Below are positions 27,317 through 36,460 of a stretch of DNA of 38,609 nt, piece after piece (positions within the stretch are counted from its first letter, which is position 1; each line of letters opens with the position of its first letter). The stretch is from Synergistales bacterium (GTDB taxonomy: Bacteria; Synergistota; Synergistia; Synergistales; Aminobacteriaceae), in assembly GCA_025997955.1 (NCBI GenBank), contig BNVH01000030.1, positions 1-38,609 on the forward strand. Reading direction: 5' to 3'. The notes below the pieces were generated by a model, which saw nothing but the letters and a program-made list of their open reading frames with translations, searched no databases and had not been told where the DNA came from. The position numbers and the translations under genes are program-made.

Positions 27317-29347
27317 TTGAATAGATTAAAAACCGCTGTTTTTTTGCTTTTAATAGCCATACTCTCAGCGAATGGAGCGGAGGGCGCGGATTTTGCTCTT
27401 CTCGCGTTATTTCAAAAACGCGACTGGGCAGTTTTTAGCGCGGCTTATAACGCGTTGAAATCCCCCTCGCCGCAGGAACATTCCCTTATGGCCAACGCTC
27501 TGAGGTACCAGAACAAATGGAATGAAGCGTCGGCCATTTTGGAGAAACACGCGCGGAATTTTCCGGCTGAGCTTCGGCCGTACGCGGATATGACGTTGAT
27601 TTTGGGGTACGAGAAGTTTGGAAAATACGACGCCGCCTTGAAGCTGTCCGTTCAACTCGAGAAAAACGCGCCCTCGGATTTGCGCTACACCTTGGCCTAC
27701 GCCCAATATCGTATTATGGAGACGGGCAAAGTCGATGGGCTTGAAAGACCACTGAAAAAAATGCTTGCCGCGGCCGAAACAAAAACTCAAAAAATCGCGG
27801 CCCTCAGCCGGCTCGTGAAACTTCCCGGAAACAGAAGCGCCGACGCGCTAGCGCTCTTGGAGCTGACGCCGTCGGACAAAGCGGCTTACAATATTCTAAG
27901 CGCTGACCCAAAACCTCGGAGCGCCGCCGTTTCTCTGTCTATGGGGGAACACGCCTATCTCAGGGGCGACAACAAGGCAGCCATTGAGCTTTTGAGCGCC
28001 GTTCCGCAGAACGCGCCTGGGTATCGCAAGGCTTTATATTACCGCGCCTACTCTCTTTATAGGCTTAAACGATATTCTGACGCCTTGAACTTGTGGGGTA
28101 GATTGGCCATCTCCGGCAACTCATGGGCAGAGAGCGCGACGCGGCGCATAGCCACGCTTGCTGGGACGTCCAAAAAACCGGGGCCCCTCAAAAAAGACGC
28201 CGCCGCCGTGTTGGCGCGCATAGTAAAGGAGCGCAAAGGCAAGGTTCAAGCCCGCGCTATGTACGCGCTGTCCGACCTGCTTGAAGGATCTGAAAAAAAA
28301 GCCATTGAGGACGGGCTTATACAGGCTTATCCCGAATCTATCAACACAGTGAAGACGCTTTGGCGGAGGGGTTGGGACGCTTGGAACAAGCAGAACGCCG
28401 AAGAGGCGCTTCGCTGGTGGCGTCGCGTCTACTCCCCGTCTCTTGACTCTACATGGAAAGCTAGAGTTCTCTACTGGATAGGCTCGGCGGAGCTATCTCT
28501 TGGTCATAAAGCCGAATCGGACAAGACCTACTCGCGCCTCGCCCGAAATCACCCGCTTTCTATCTATACATTTTTAGCCCGTCCCGGCGCGCTCAAACTT
28601 TTGGAGGGAGATCCGCCCGAGCTCGCGTTTACCGGAAAATCCGCAAAGCTCACGCCGCTCGAAACCAAAGCTCTTACGCTTGAGCAGTGGGGCTTTATTC
28701 ATTTCGCCAAGTCGCTGTTAGAGCGCTCCAATTCCACAGCTCGGGAACTCTATCACTCCATATCGCTCTCCGAGTGGCTTGGCGACGACGACGCCTTTTT
28801 TAACGAGGCTTATGCCGGCGCGCGTCTCTTGACAAGGCATTTCACGTCCGGGACGGTGGTGTACCGCAAGGGTTTGGAGCGGCTTTATCCGCGCCCGTTC
28901 AAAAAACAAGTGGAGGCTTTTTGTAAAAAGTACGGCGTGGAGTCCAATTTTATGTGGTCTATAATGAAGCAGGAGAGCGCTTTCAAGCCCTCCGCTTTGA
29001 GCCATGCCGGGGCGTCAGGCCTTATGCAGCTCATGCCCGGCACGGCAAGGGGCGAAGCGAAGCGCGCCGGCCTTGAAAAATACGATGTTTTCAATGTCAC
29101 GGATAATATCACGCTTGGCGCGTCGCACCTCTCTTGGCTTGGGAAGCAGTTCGCGCGTAAAGACTGGATAATGGCCGCGTACAACGCCGGAGGCGGCAAC
29201 GCCCGCAAATGGCTTGCTGACGGCAAGGACGGCCTTGCCCCCGACTACTGGATAGAGGAAGTCCGTTTTGACGAGACATGCGACTACGTCCAGAAAGTCT
29301 CGGGCAATCTCGAAGTCTACCGATTGCTGTACGACAACAAGAAATAA
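27317..29347 (+). CDS. Soluble lytic murein transglycosylase (Slt-like: superhelical TPR-like N-domain + family-1 SLT catalytic domain), with signal peptide. Start at TTG 27317 (the longest ORF starts at TTG 27287).
   Basis: The catalytic motifs ESAFKPSALSHAGASGLMQLMP and AYNAGGGN sit in the C-terminal domain. An AAGGAG RBS lies 9 nt upstream of TTG 27317, followed by signal peptide LKTAVFLLLIAILSANGAEGA. Confidence 0.85.
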   Translation: MNRLKTAVFLLLIAILSANGAEGADFALLALFQKRDWAVFSAAYNALKSPSPQEHSLMANALRYQNKWNEASAILEKHARNFPAELRPYADMTLILGYEKFGKYDAALKLSVQLEKNAPSDLRYTLAYAQYRIMETGKVDGLERPLKKMLAAAETKTQKIAALSRLVKLPGNRSADALALLELTPSDKAAYNILSADPKPRSAAVSLSMGEHAYLRGDNKAAIELLSAVPQNAPGYRKALYYRAYSLYRLKRYSDALNLWGRLAISGNSWAESATRRIATLAGTSKKPGPLKKDAAAVLARIVKERKGKVQARAMYALSDLLEGSEKKAIEDGLIQAYPESINTVKTLWRRGWDAWNKQNAEEALRWWRRVYSPSLDSTWKARVLYWIGSAELSLGHKAESDKTYSRLARNHPLSIYTFLARPGALKLLEGDPPELAFTGKSAKLTPLETKALTLEQWGFIHFAKSLLERSNSTARELYHSISLSEWLGDDDAFFNEAYAGARLLTRHFTSGTVVYRKGLERLYPRPFKKQVEAFCKKYGVESNFMWSIMKQESAFKPSALSHAGASGLMQLMPGTARGEAKRAGLEKYDVFNVTDNITLGASHLSWLGKQFARKDWIMAAYNAGGGNARKWLADGKDGLAPDYWIEEVRFDETCDYVQKVSGNLEVYRLLYDNKK

Positions 29348-29364
29348 GAAGGGTATAAATAGCT

Positions 29365-31155
29365 ATGCCGCACGATTTGCTCAAAATTCCTTTTGACCCC
29401 AACATTATACTGACGAAACGAAAATCTATAAAAAGACAACTCCTCGAAAACCAGAGCGCTTCCTCGTTTTTGGAGAAACGCGTAGCTATACTCGGCGGCT
29501 CCACGACGCGCGATATAATGGAAGTTTTGGAGCTTTTTTTATTGAATTACGGCATAAAGCCCACGTTTTACGAGAGCGAGTACGGGCAATATTGGCAGGA
29601 CGTCATGTTCGACTCGCCGTCTCTTTTATCGTTCGCGCCAGACTTGGCCTTTGTCCATACGTCAAACCGCAACATCGAGAGATACCCAGAGCCAGACGAC
29701 GAGGCGAGCAAAATAGACGAACTTTTGGACATGGAAACCCAAAAGTTTCAGAAGTTCTGGGACAAGCTGCACGTTGCTTACGGTTGCGCGGTGATACAAA
29801 ATAACTTCGAGTATCCGTTTTACAGACTGATGGGCAACAAGGACGCAAGCGATGTTCACGGGCGGGTGAACTTCATAACGAGGCTCAACATGAAGTTTTA
29901 TGAGTACGCCCAAACCCACGGCAACTTTTACATAAACGACATCAACTACATATCGTCAAGTTACGGCCTTGAAGCGTGGGCTGATCCTTTTTATTGGTAT
30001 ATGTACAAGTACTCTCTTTGCCTTCCGGCCATTCCGCTTTTGGCGCACAATATATCAAATATAACTAAATCTATATACGGCTTGAACAAAAAAGTGTTGG
30101 CGCTTGACCTCGACAACACGCTCTGGGGCGGCGTCGTAGGCGACGACGGAGTGAACGGCATAGCGGTCGGACAGGAGACTTCGGAGGGACAGGCTTACAG
30201 AGAATTTCAAGAATACATAAAACATAACGCGAGATTGGGCGTTCTCCTGACCGTAAACTCCAAAAATGACCGAGTGAACGCCATAGCCGGGCTGAATCAC
30301 CCCGACGGGGCTTTGAGGCCGGAGGATTTCGCGCTCATAAAGGCCAACTGGGAACCCAAGAGCCTAAACATTGTGGAGACAGCCAAAGAGCTTTCGCTTC
30401 TTCCCGATAGTTTCGTCTTCGCGGACGACAACCCCGCGGAGCGCGCCATAGTCGAGGAGCAAGTGCCGGGCGTGGCCGTACCCGTTATGGACAGGCCGGA
30501 GCGTTATATACAGACATTGGACAAGTTCGGTTTCTTCGAGGTCACGAACCTCTCGAAGGACGACCTCAAACGGGGCGCCATGTACAAAGAGAACGAGGCG
30601 CGAGGCGCGCTGATGGCGAGCTTTGAAAACTACAGAGACTACCTCCTGTCCCTTGAAATGAAGGCGACCATCCGCGCCTTCGAGCCCGTCTATATGTCTC
30701 GGATAGCGCAACTCACCAACAAGAGCAACCAGTTCAACCTCACCACAAAGAGATATACTCAAAGCGAGATAGAGGCGGTGAGCGGAGACGATAAATTTGT
30801 CACGCTCTACGGCAAATTGGAGGACAAGTTCGGTGACAACGGCGTGGTCAGCGTTGTTATAGGACGAATTGACGGCTCCTTGCTGCACGTCGAGCTTTGG
30901 CTTATGAGCTGCCGCGTCCTGAAGCGCGACATGGAGTACGCCATGATGGACGAACTCGTCAAGCGTTGCGGCTCCTTGGGTATAACGAAGATTCTTGGCT
31001 ATTATTACCGAACCGCGAAAAACGCAATGGTGGAAGACTTTTATGATAAAATGAAATTTACTAAACAATCCGAAGACAGCGGCGGAGACTCCGCGTGGGT
31101 TCTTGAGATTGATAGCTATAAAGCCAAAAATACCGTTATTGATGTTGGTGATTAG
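29365..31155 (+). CDS. FkbH-like HAD-superfamily IIIC protein (putative glyceryl/acyl-ACP-loading phosphatase) with extra N- and C-terminal regions.
   Basis: HAD motif I LALDLDNTLWGGVVGDDG and downstream HAD-IIIC/FkbH-like core. The 596-aa length is typical of stand-alone FkbH-domain proteins encoded beside an ACP. Confidence 0.7.
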   Translation: MPHDLLKIPFDPNIILTKRKSIKRQLLENQSASSFLEKRVAILGGSTTRDIMEVLELFLLNYGIKPTFYESEYGQYWQDVMFDSPSLLSFAPDLAFVHTSNRNIERYPEPDDEASKIDELLDMETQKFQKFWDKLHVAYGCAVIQNNFEYPFYRLMGNKDASDVHGRVNFITRLNMKFYEYAQTHGNFYINDINYISSSYGLEAWADPFYWYMYKYSLCLPAIPLLAHNISNITKSIYGLNKKVLALDLDNTLWGGVVGDDGVNGIAVGQETSEGQAYREFQEYIKHNARLGVLLTVNSKNDRVNAIAGLNHPDGALRPEDFALIKANWEPKSLNIVETAKELSLLPDSFVFADDNPAERAIVEEQVPGVAVPVMDRPERYIQTLDKFGFFEVTNLSKDDLKRGAMYKENEARGALMASFENYRDYLLSLEMKATIRAFEPVYMSRIAQLTNKSNQFNLTTKRYTQSEIEAVSGDDKFVTLYGKLEDKFGDNGVVSVVIGRIDGSLLHVELWLMSCRVLKRDMEYAMMDELVKRCGSLGITKILGYYYRTAKNAMVEDFYDKMKFTKQSEDSGGDSAWVLEIDSYKAKNTVIDVGD

Positions 31156-31183
31156 AGTTAAATCATACTCGGAGGATAGGCAA

Positions 31184-31435
31184 ATGACCAGACAGGAGAT
31201 TTTTGAACGGCTTAATGAAGTGTTTCGCGACGTCTTTGACGATGAAGATATTAGCGTAGACGAAACAACGACGGCCAGCGACATTGAGGGGTGGGACAGC
31301 TTCGCTCACGTCAACTTGATATTGTCCGTGGAGAGGCGCTTCAATATGAAATTCACTATGGTGGAAGTGACGGATATGAAGAACGTCGGCGCTATGGCTG
31401 ATATTTTGTCCGTTCGCGCCGCGGCTGACAAATAA
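31184..31435 (+). CDS. Acyl carrier protein (stand-alone, FkbJ-like).
   Basis: 84 aa, acidic, with phosphopantetheine-attachment motif IEGWDSFAHVNL. A GGAGGA RBS lies 7 nt upstream of ATG 31184. Confidence 0.8.
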   Translation: MTRQEIFERLNEVFRDVFDDEDISVDETTTASDIEGWDSFAHVNLILSVERRFNMKFTMVEVTDMKNVGAMADILSVRAAADK

Positions 31436-31451
31436 TAGCGGGTATACGGAT

Positions 31452-31859
31452 ATTAACGTTCATCACGTCGGATATTTTGTAAAAGACATAGAACGGGCCG
31501 CGGATTTCTTCGCGCTTCTCGGCTTTGCCGCTGACGGCTCTGTCGTCAGGGATACCGCGCGCGGCGTGGACATAATGTTTATGTCAAACGGCCCGTTTCG
31601 CGCGGAGCTCATATCTCCCATAGACAGCTCCTCGCCCATGTATGAGCTTTACAAAAAACATAAAAATATGCCTTATCACATATGCTACGAGTGCGAGGAT
31701 ATAGAACGCACGGTTAAAGAAATGACGGAAACGGCGGGGGAGTGTATGACAGTCCAAGCGCCTGACATAGCGCCGGCGGTGTCGGAGCCCGGCAAAGATC
31801 GAAGGGTGGCTTTTTTGATGCACCGGCATGTGGGTTTATTGGAACTTTTAGAAGTTTAG
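31452..31859 (+). CDS. VOC-family protein (glyoxalase/bleomycin-resistance/methylmalonyl-CoA-epimerase-like). It has no canonical start codon: the first ATG (31566) lies after the conserved N-terminal beta-strand. Possible ATT start at 31452, or a disrupted gene.
   Basis: The in-frame translation from 31440 reads GYTDINVHHVGYFVKDIERAADFFALLGF..., the VOC N-terminal metal-binding His motif. No ATG/GTG/TTG occurs between the upstream in-frame stop (31377-31379) and 31566. Confidence 0.5.
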   Translation: MNVHHVGYFVKDIERAADFFALLGFAADGSVVRDTARGVDIMFMSNGPFRAELISPIDSSSPMYELYKKHKNMPYHICYECEDIERTVKEMTETAGECMTVQAPDIAPAVSEPGKDRRVAFLMHRHVGLLELLEV

Positions 31860-31888
31860 CTGCAAAAATCGCATCGGGAGGTGGCTTC

Positions 31889-33973
31889 ATGTCTAAGAAA
31901 CAACAAGTGACGGCTTCGATTAAAGCCCCGCGTCACGTTGATAATTCTAACAGCGCAGATCAAGTCAAAACGGCTGAGCGCAAAGCGGCGCAAGAAGAAA
32001 GCGCGTTATCATCCTCTTGCGCGGCTGCTTTGGCTCCCGCCGCTGTTTCGGGCTCCCCTCTCGTGTGCTACGACGCCTCCATACTCACCGAGTTCGATAT
32101 TTTTCTATTCAAGCAGGGCACTCACTACACGCTCTACGAAAAATTGGGCGCGCATAAAATTGAACATAACGGCGTGGAAGGCGTCTTTTTCGCCGTTTGG
32201 GCGCCTAACGCGCAAAACGTCAGCGTAGTGGGCGATTTCAACGATTGGAACTCCAACTCTCACCCGCTCAATATCCGCTGGGACGGAAGCGGCATATGGG
32301 AGGGTTTCATCCCCGGCCTCAAAAAATGGGGGCTCTATAAATTCCATATCCAAAACAGCCACGGAGAGCATAAAGATAAGATGGATCCGTTTGCCCGCTC
32401 CTTCGAGCAGCCGCCGCGCACTTCGTCCATTCTCCATTGGCCGGAGTACGTCTGGAGCGACTCCGATTGGATGGCGACGCGCAAAAAGCGCACCGCGTTA
32501 TCCGCCCCTTGGACTGTTTACGAGGTGCACCTCGGTTCTTGGCGGCATCGCTGGGATAATGGGCTTTCTCTTTCCTATAGAGAACTGAGCGATGACCTGC
32601 CCCGGTATTGCGCTGAGATGGGTTTCACCGCCGTCGAGTTTTTGCCGGTGATGGAGCATCCGTTCTATGGTTCTTGGGGATACCAGACTTTGGGGTATTT
32701 CGCGCCGTCGAGCCGCTACGGAACGCCCGAGGATTTTATGTATTTGGTGGATAAACTTCATCAGGCTGGAGTAGCGGTGATACTCGACTGGGTGCCGAGC
32801 CATTTTCCGACGGACGACTACGGCCTCGCCCGCTATGACGGCACGGCTCTCTACGAGCATCAGGACCCGCGAAAGGGCTTTCACCCCGACTGGGGCAGCT
32901 ATATATTCAACTACAGCCGAAACGAGGTCCGCAGTTATCTCGTATCGAGCGCAATCTATTGGCTTGACCAATATCACATAGACGGCCTCCGCATAGACGC
33001 CGTCGCGTCGATGCTATATTTGGATTACTCGCGTAAACGCGGAGAGTGGGAACCGAACGTGCACGGCGGACGTGAAAACTTGGAGGCCATAGCTTTTTTG
33101 CAGGATATGAATAAAGAGATTTACGGACGCTTCCCGGACGTGCAGACCATAGCGGAGGAGTCCACGGACTGGCCTATGGTGTCGCGCCCCGTTTTCTTGG
33201 GCGGCTTGGGTTTTGGCATGAAATGGAATATGGGCTGGATGCATGACATGCTTGCCTACGCTTCGCACGAGCCCGTTCACCGCAGTTTTCACCACCATCA
33301 GCTCACGTTCAGCATTTGGTACGCCTTCAGCGAAAATTTCATGTTGCCTATTTCTCATGACGAAGTGGTCCACGGCAAGGGTTCGCTTGTAAACAAGATG
33401 CCGGGCGACTGGTGGCAGCGCCGAGCGAACCTCAGACTGCTTTTGGGCTACATGTGGATGCACCCGGGTAAAAAACTGCTCTTTATGGGATGCGAGTTTG
33501 GTCAGGGGCTTGAGTGGAACCATAACGCGGCGCTTGAGTGGCATCTTTTGGATAGGCCTGAATTCAGGGGTATTCAACAGTGGGTCAAAGACCTGAACTC
33601 CGCGCTCGTCCACAATCCGCCGCTTTACGAGCGTGATTTCGCTCAGGGCGGCTTTCAGTGGATTGATTGCTCGGATTGGCATAAAAGCGTCGTGGCTTTT
33701 TTGCGCAAGGGAAAACGCGACGGCGAGTTTGTATTGGTTGTGGCCAACTTCACGCCGGTTCCGCGAGACTGCTATCGCATAGGCGTTCCGGTGGGCGGCT
33801 TTTGGGCGGAGATACTGAACAGCGACGCGGAGAGCTACGGAGGCAGCGGCATGGGCAACGCCGGAGGCATGGACGCGGACGCCTATGCGTCGCACGGGCA
33901 TGGCTACTCCCTTCCCCTAACTCTGCCGCCGCTGGGCATTATCGTTTTCAAGAATATAAATAGAGAGGTCTGA
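31889..33973 (+). CDS. glgB: 1,4-alpha-glucan branching enzyme GlgB (GH13) with an unusual ~60-aa low-complexity N-terminal extension.
   Basis: CBM48 + GH13 catalytic motifs (DWVPSHF, GLRIDAVASMLY, EESTDWP, FMLPISHDEVVHGK). A strong GGGAGG RBS lies 7 nt upstream of ATG 31889. Confidence 0.92.
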   Translation: MSKKQQVTASIKAPRHVDNSNSADQVKTAERKAAQEESALSSSCAAALAPAAVSGSPLVCYDASILTEFDIFLFKQGTHYTLYEKLGAHKIEHNGVEGVFFAVWAPNAQNVSVVGDFNDWNSNSHPLNIRWDGSGIWEGFIPGLKKWGLYKFHIQNSHGEHKDKMDPFARSFEQPPRTSSILHWPEYVWSDSDWMATRKKRTALSAPWTVYEVHLGSWRHRWDNGLSLSYRELSDDLPRYCAEMGFTAVEFLPVMEHPFYGSWGYQTLGYFAPSSRYGTPEDFMYLVDKLHQAGVAVILDWVPSHFPTDDYGLARYDGTALYEHQDPRKGFHPDWGSYIFNYSRNEVRSYLVSSAIYWLDQYHIDGLRIDAVASMLYLDYSRKRGEWEPNVHGGRENLEAIAFLQDMNKEIYGRFPDVQTIAEESTDWPMVSRPVFLGGLGFGMKWNMGWMHDMLAYASHEPVHRSFHHHQLTFSIWYAFSENFMLPISHDEVVHGKGSLVNKMPGDWWQRRANLRLLLGYMWMHPGKKLLFMGCEFGQGLEWNHNAALEWHLLDRPEFRGIQQWVKDLNSALVHNPPLYERDFAQGGFQWIDCSDWHKSVVAFLRKGKRDGEFVLVVANFTPVPRDCYRIGVPVGGFWAEILNSDAESYGGSGMGNAGGMDADAYASHGHGYSLPLTLPPLGIIVFKNINREV

Positions 33974-33981
33974 GTGGATAA

Positions 33982-36432
33982 ATGCCTCGTTACGTATGTG
34001 TACATGGACATTTTTATCAGCCGCCGCGAGAAAACCCGTGGTTGGAGTTCGTGGAGCGACAGGAAACGGCCGCCCCTTGGCATGACTGGAACGACCGTGT
34101 AGCCGCCGAGTGTTACAGTCGCAACTCCGCCTCCCGCATCTTAGACTCGCATGGCGATATAAGAAAGATATGCAACAACTACTCCATGATGAGTTTCAAC
34201 ATGGGGCCTACTTTGTTGTCATGGATGAAAGAAAAATCGCCGCGTTGCTATAAAGGCATAGTGGACGCCGACGCGCTGAGCATGAAACGCTTTGGCGGAC
34301 ACGGCTCGGCGATAGCTCAGGTCTATAACCATATGATAATGCCCCTATCCAACAGCCGTGACAAGAGAACGCAGGTAAAGTGGGGCATGGCTGACTTCAA
34401 AAGCCACTTCGGACGACTTCCCGAGGGCATGTGGTTAGCGGAAACGGCCGTCGATACAGATACGCTTGAGGCCTTGGCGGAGAGCGGCGTAAAGTACACC
34501 ATACTTGCCCCGAAACAGGCAAGCGAGATACGCAAGCTGAGCGACAACTCAAGCGCTTGGCAAGACGTCAAGTGGGAAAAGGTCGATACAAGCCGGGCTT
34601 ATCGCTGCGAGTTGCCGTCCGGCAAAAGTATCGCTATTTTCTTTTATGACGGTTCTCTCTCTCACGCCATAGCGTTTGAGGGTTTGCTCAATGACGGCAA
34701 ATATTTTGCGGGCCGCCTCATAGACGCGAAGCCTGAGACCGGCTATGCCGTTTTATCGAACGTGGCGACGGACGGAGAGTCTTACGGTCACCACCATGAC
34801 CACGGGGATATGGCTCTGTCTTATTGCCTTGAAGCGATAGAGAATCGACGCGACGCGCAGCTCACTATATACGGTCAATTTTTAGAGGAAAACCCGCCGC
34901 AATATCTTGTGCGTATAGTCGAAAACTCATCTTGGAGCTGCGCACATGGCGTTGAGAGGTGGAGGAGCGACTGTGGCTGCTCCGCCGGCACGCCGGGCTA
35001 TAACCAAAAATGGAGAGCGCCGCTCAGAGAGGCGCTTGACTGGTTGCGCGATAAACTTATAGCGCAGTTTGAGTATATGGGCGCAAAATATCTGAAAGAC
35101 CCCTGGGAGGCTCGGGACGACTATATAGAAGTTATATTGAATCGCTCCCGCCCCTTTGTGGACTCTTGGATAGCGTCTCACGCCGGGCGCGATTTGACCG
35201 GGGAGGAAAAAACAGAAGTCCTCAAACTCATGGAAAGCCAAAGATGCGCGATGCTGATGTACACGAGCTGCGGATGGTTTTTCGACGAGATTTCGGGGCT
35301 TGAGGGTACGCAGATTCTGCGCTACGCGGCCCGCGCCATAAGCCTCATGCGCGAGCTCAACGGCCTCGACTTCGAGATAACGTTCACGCGTCTTTTGGAG
35401 AAAGCGCCGAGCAACGTCAGGGAGTACGTAAACGGCAAAAAAATCTACGAAACTTTGGTGAAACCCTCTAGCGTTTTTCTTGCGAGCATCGCGGCTCACT
35501 ATGGCATAATAGCTCTGTTCCCTGAGTTCGCGCCCCTGATAGAAAGGGACCTCTGGTGCTTTGACCGCGAGACCAAGACAGTGATAAATGACTCCTTCGA
35601 AGAGCATGGAAGTAAAAATACGTTCGCGGCCGGTACAATACGCTTGGTCTCCGAGATAACTTGGGAAGAAAAGACGTACGCGTTCGCCGCCCGCCATAAG
35701 GGCGAAATTTCCATGATATGCGGCGTCTCCCCTTTGACGGAGAAAGATTCGCCGATGAAGACGCTTTTGACGAAGCCGGACGAGCTCAGAAAAATGCTTC
35801 AATCGTCAAACACCGAACAATTGACCGACTTCTTCGACCGAGACCTTTTCTCCATGCGCCACGTACTTGGCGACGCGCAGAAGATATTGCTCGACAGCCT
35901 GCTCAAAGACGACACGACGCGCATAGAGGCGGGCCTGCGCGAGATAGTTCACGATTACGACCGTCTCTTTAAATATTTGGCGACTATGAGCGTAAAGCCC
36001 CCGTCCATCATCGTGGCGTCGGCGGCCATCGTCTTGAACTCGGATATAGTCAAGTGCCTGAGCGCAGACGTACCTAACACGGAAGATTTGCGCCGCCATT
36101 TGAATAGGGCCAAAGAGTGGGGCGTGGCGCTCGACAACGAGCGAATCGGCTTTACCGTAACCGACTGGCTTATGAAACAGCTGCGGGTTATTTGCGCGCA
36201 CCCGACGAACCAGGCCGAAATGTCACGCGTGAGCGACATACTCGAGCTTTTCATAAATGACTTCAAGTGGCGTCTCAGCCTGTACGAAGCGCAGAATATC
36301 TATAACGCCGCGCTGAAAGAAAACAGACATAGTATAACCAACTTCACTTCCGAGATGCGAGACGCGTTCGTGGCCCTGGGCAGGGTTTTGCGTTTCGCCA
36401 ACGAGGCGATTTTATATCAGGCAACAGAGTGA
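33982..36432 (+). CDS. Glycoside hydrolase family 57 protein with a C-terminal DUF3536-type domain (alpha-glucan-active enzyme).
   Basis: GH57 N-terminal signature HGHFYQPPRENPW and the catalytic-region motif ATDGESYGHHH. The 816-aa architecture is typical. Confidence 0.8.
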   Translation: MPRYVCVHGHFYQPPRENPWLEFVERQETAAPWHDWNDRVAAECYSRNSASRILDSHGDIRKICNNYSMMSFNMGPTLLSWMKEKSPRCYKGIVDADALSMKRFGGHGSAIAQVYNHMIMPLSNSRDKRTQVKWGMADFKSHFGRLPEGMWLAETAVDTDTLEALAESGVKYTILAPKQASEIRKLSDNSSAWQDVKWEKVDTSRAYRCELPSGKSIAIFFYDGSLSHAIAFEGLLNDGKYFAGRLIDAKPETGYAVLSNVATDGESYGHHHDHGDMALSYCLEAIENRRDAQLTIYGQFLEENPPQYLVRIVENSSWSCAHGVERWRSDCGCSAGTPGYNQKWRAPLREALDWLRDKLIAQFEYMGAKYLKDPWEARDDYIEVILNRSRPFVDSWIASHAGRDLTGEEKTEVLKLMESQRCAMLMYTSCGWFFDEISGLEGTQILRYAARAISLMRELNGLDFEITFTRLLEKAPSNVREYVNGKKIYETLVKPSSVFLASIAAHYGIIALFPEFAPLIERDLWCFDRETKTVINDSFEEHGSKNTFAAGTIRLVSEITWEEKTYAFAARHKGEISMICGVSPLTEKDSPMKTLLTKPDELRKMLQSSNTEQLTDFFDRDLFSMRHVLGDAQKILLDSLLKDDTTRIEAGLREIVHDYDRLFKYLATMSVKPPSIIVASAAIVLNSDIVKCLSADVPNTEDLRRHLNRAKEWGVALDNERIGFTVTDWLMKQLRVICAHPTNQAEMSRVSDILELFINDFKWRLSLYEAQNIYNAALKENRHSITNFTSEMRDAFVALGRVLRFANEAILYQATE

Positions 36433-36460
36433 CGAGCGAGAAAAGAGGGATAGCGCGCCC

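Noticed and set aside
33014-35802. Minus-strand ORFs of 295 and 291 codons inside glgB and the GH57 gene
   Set aside because: Nested antisense frames within strongly supported plus-strand CDSs. No independent signals.
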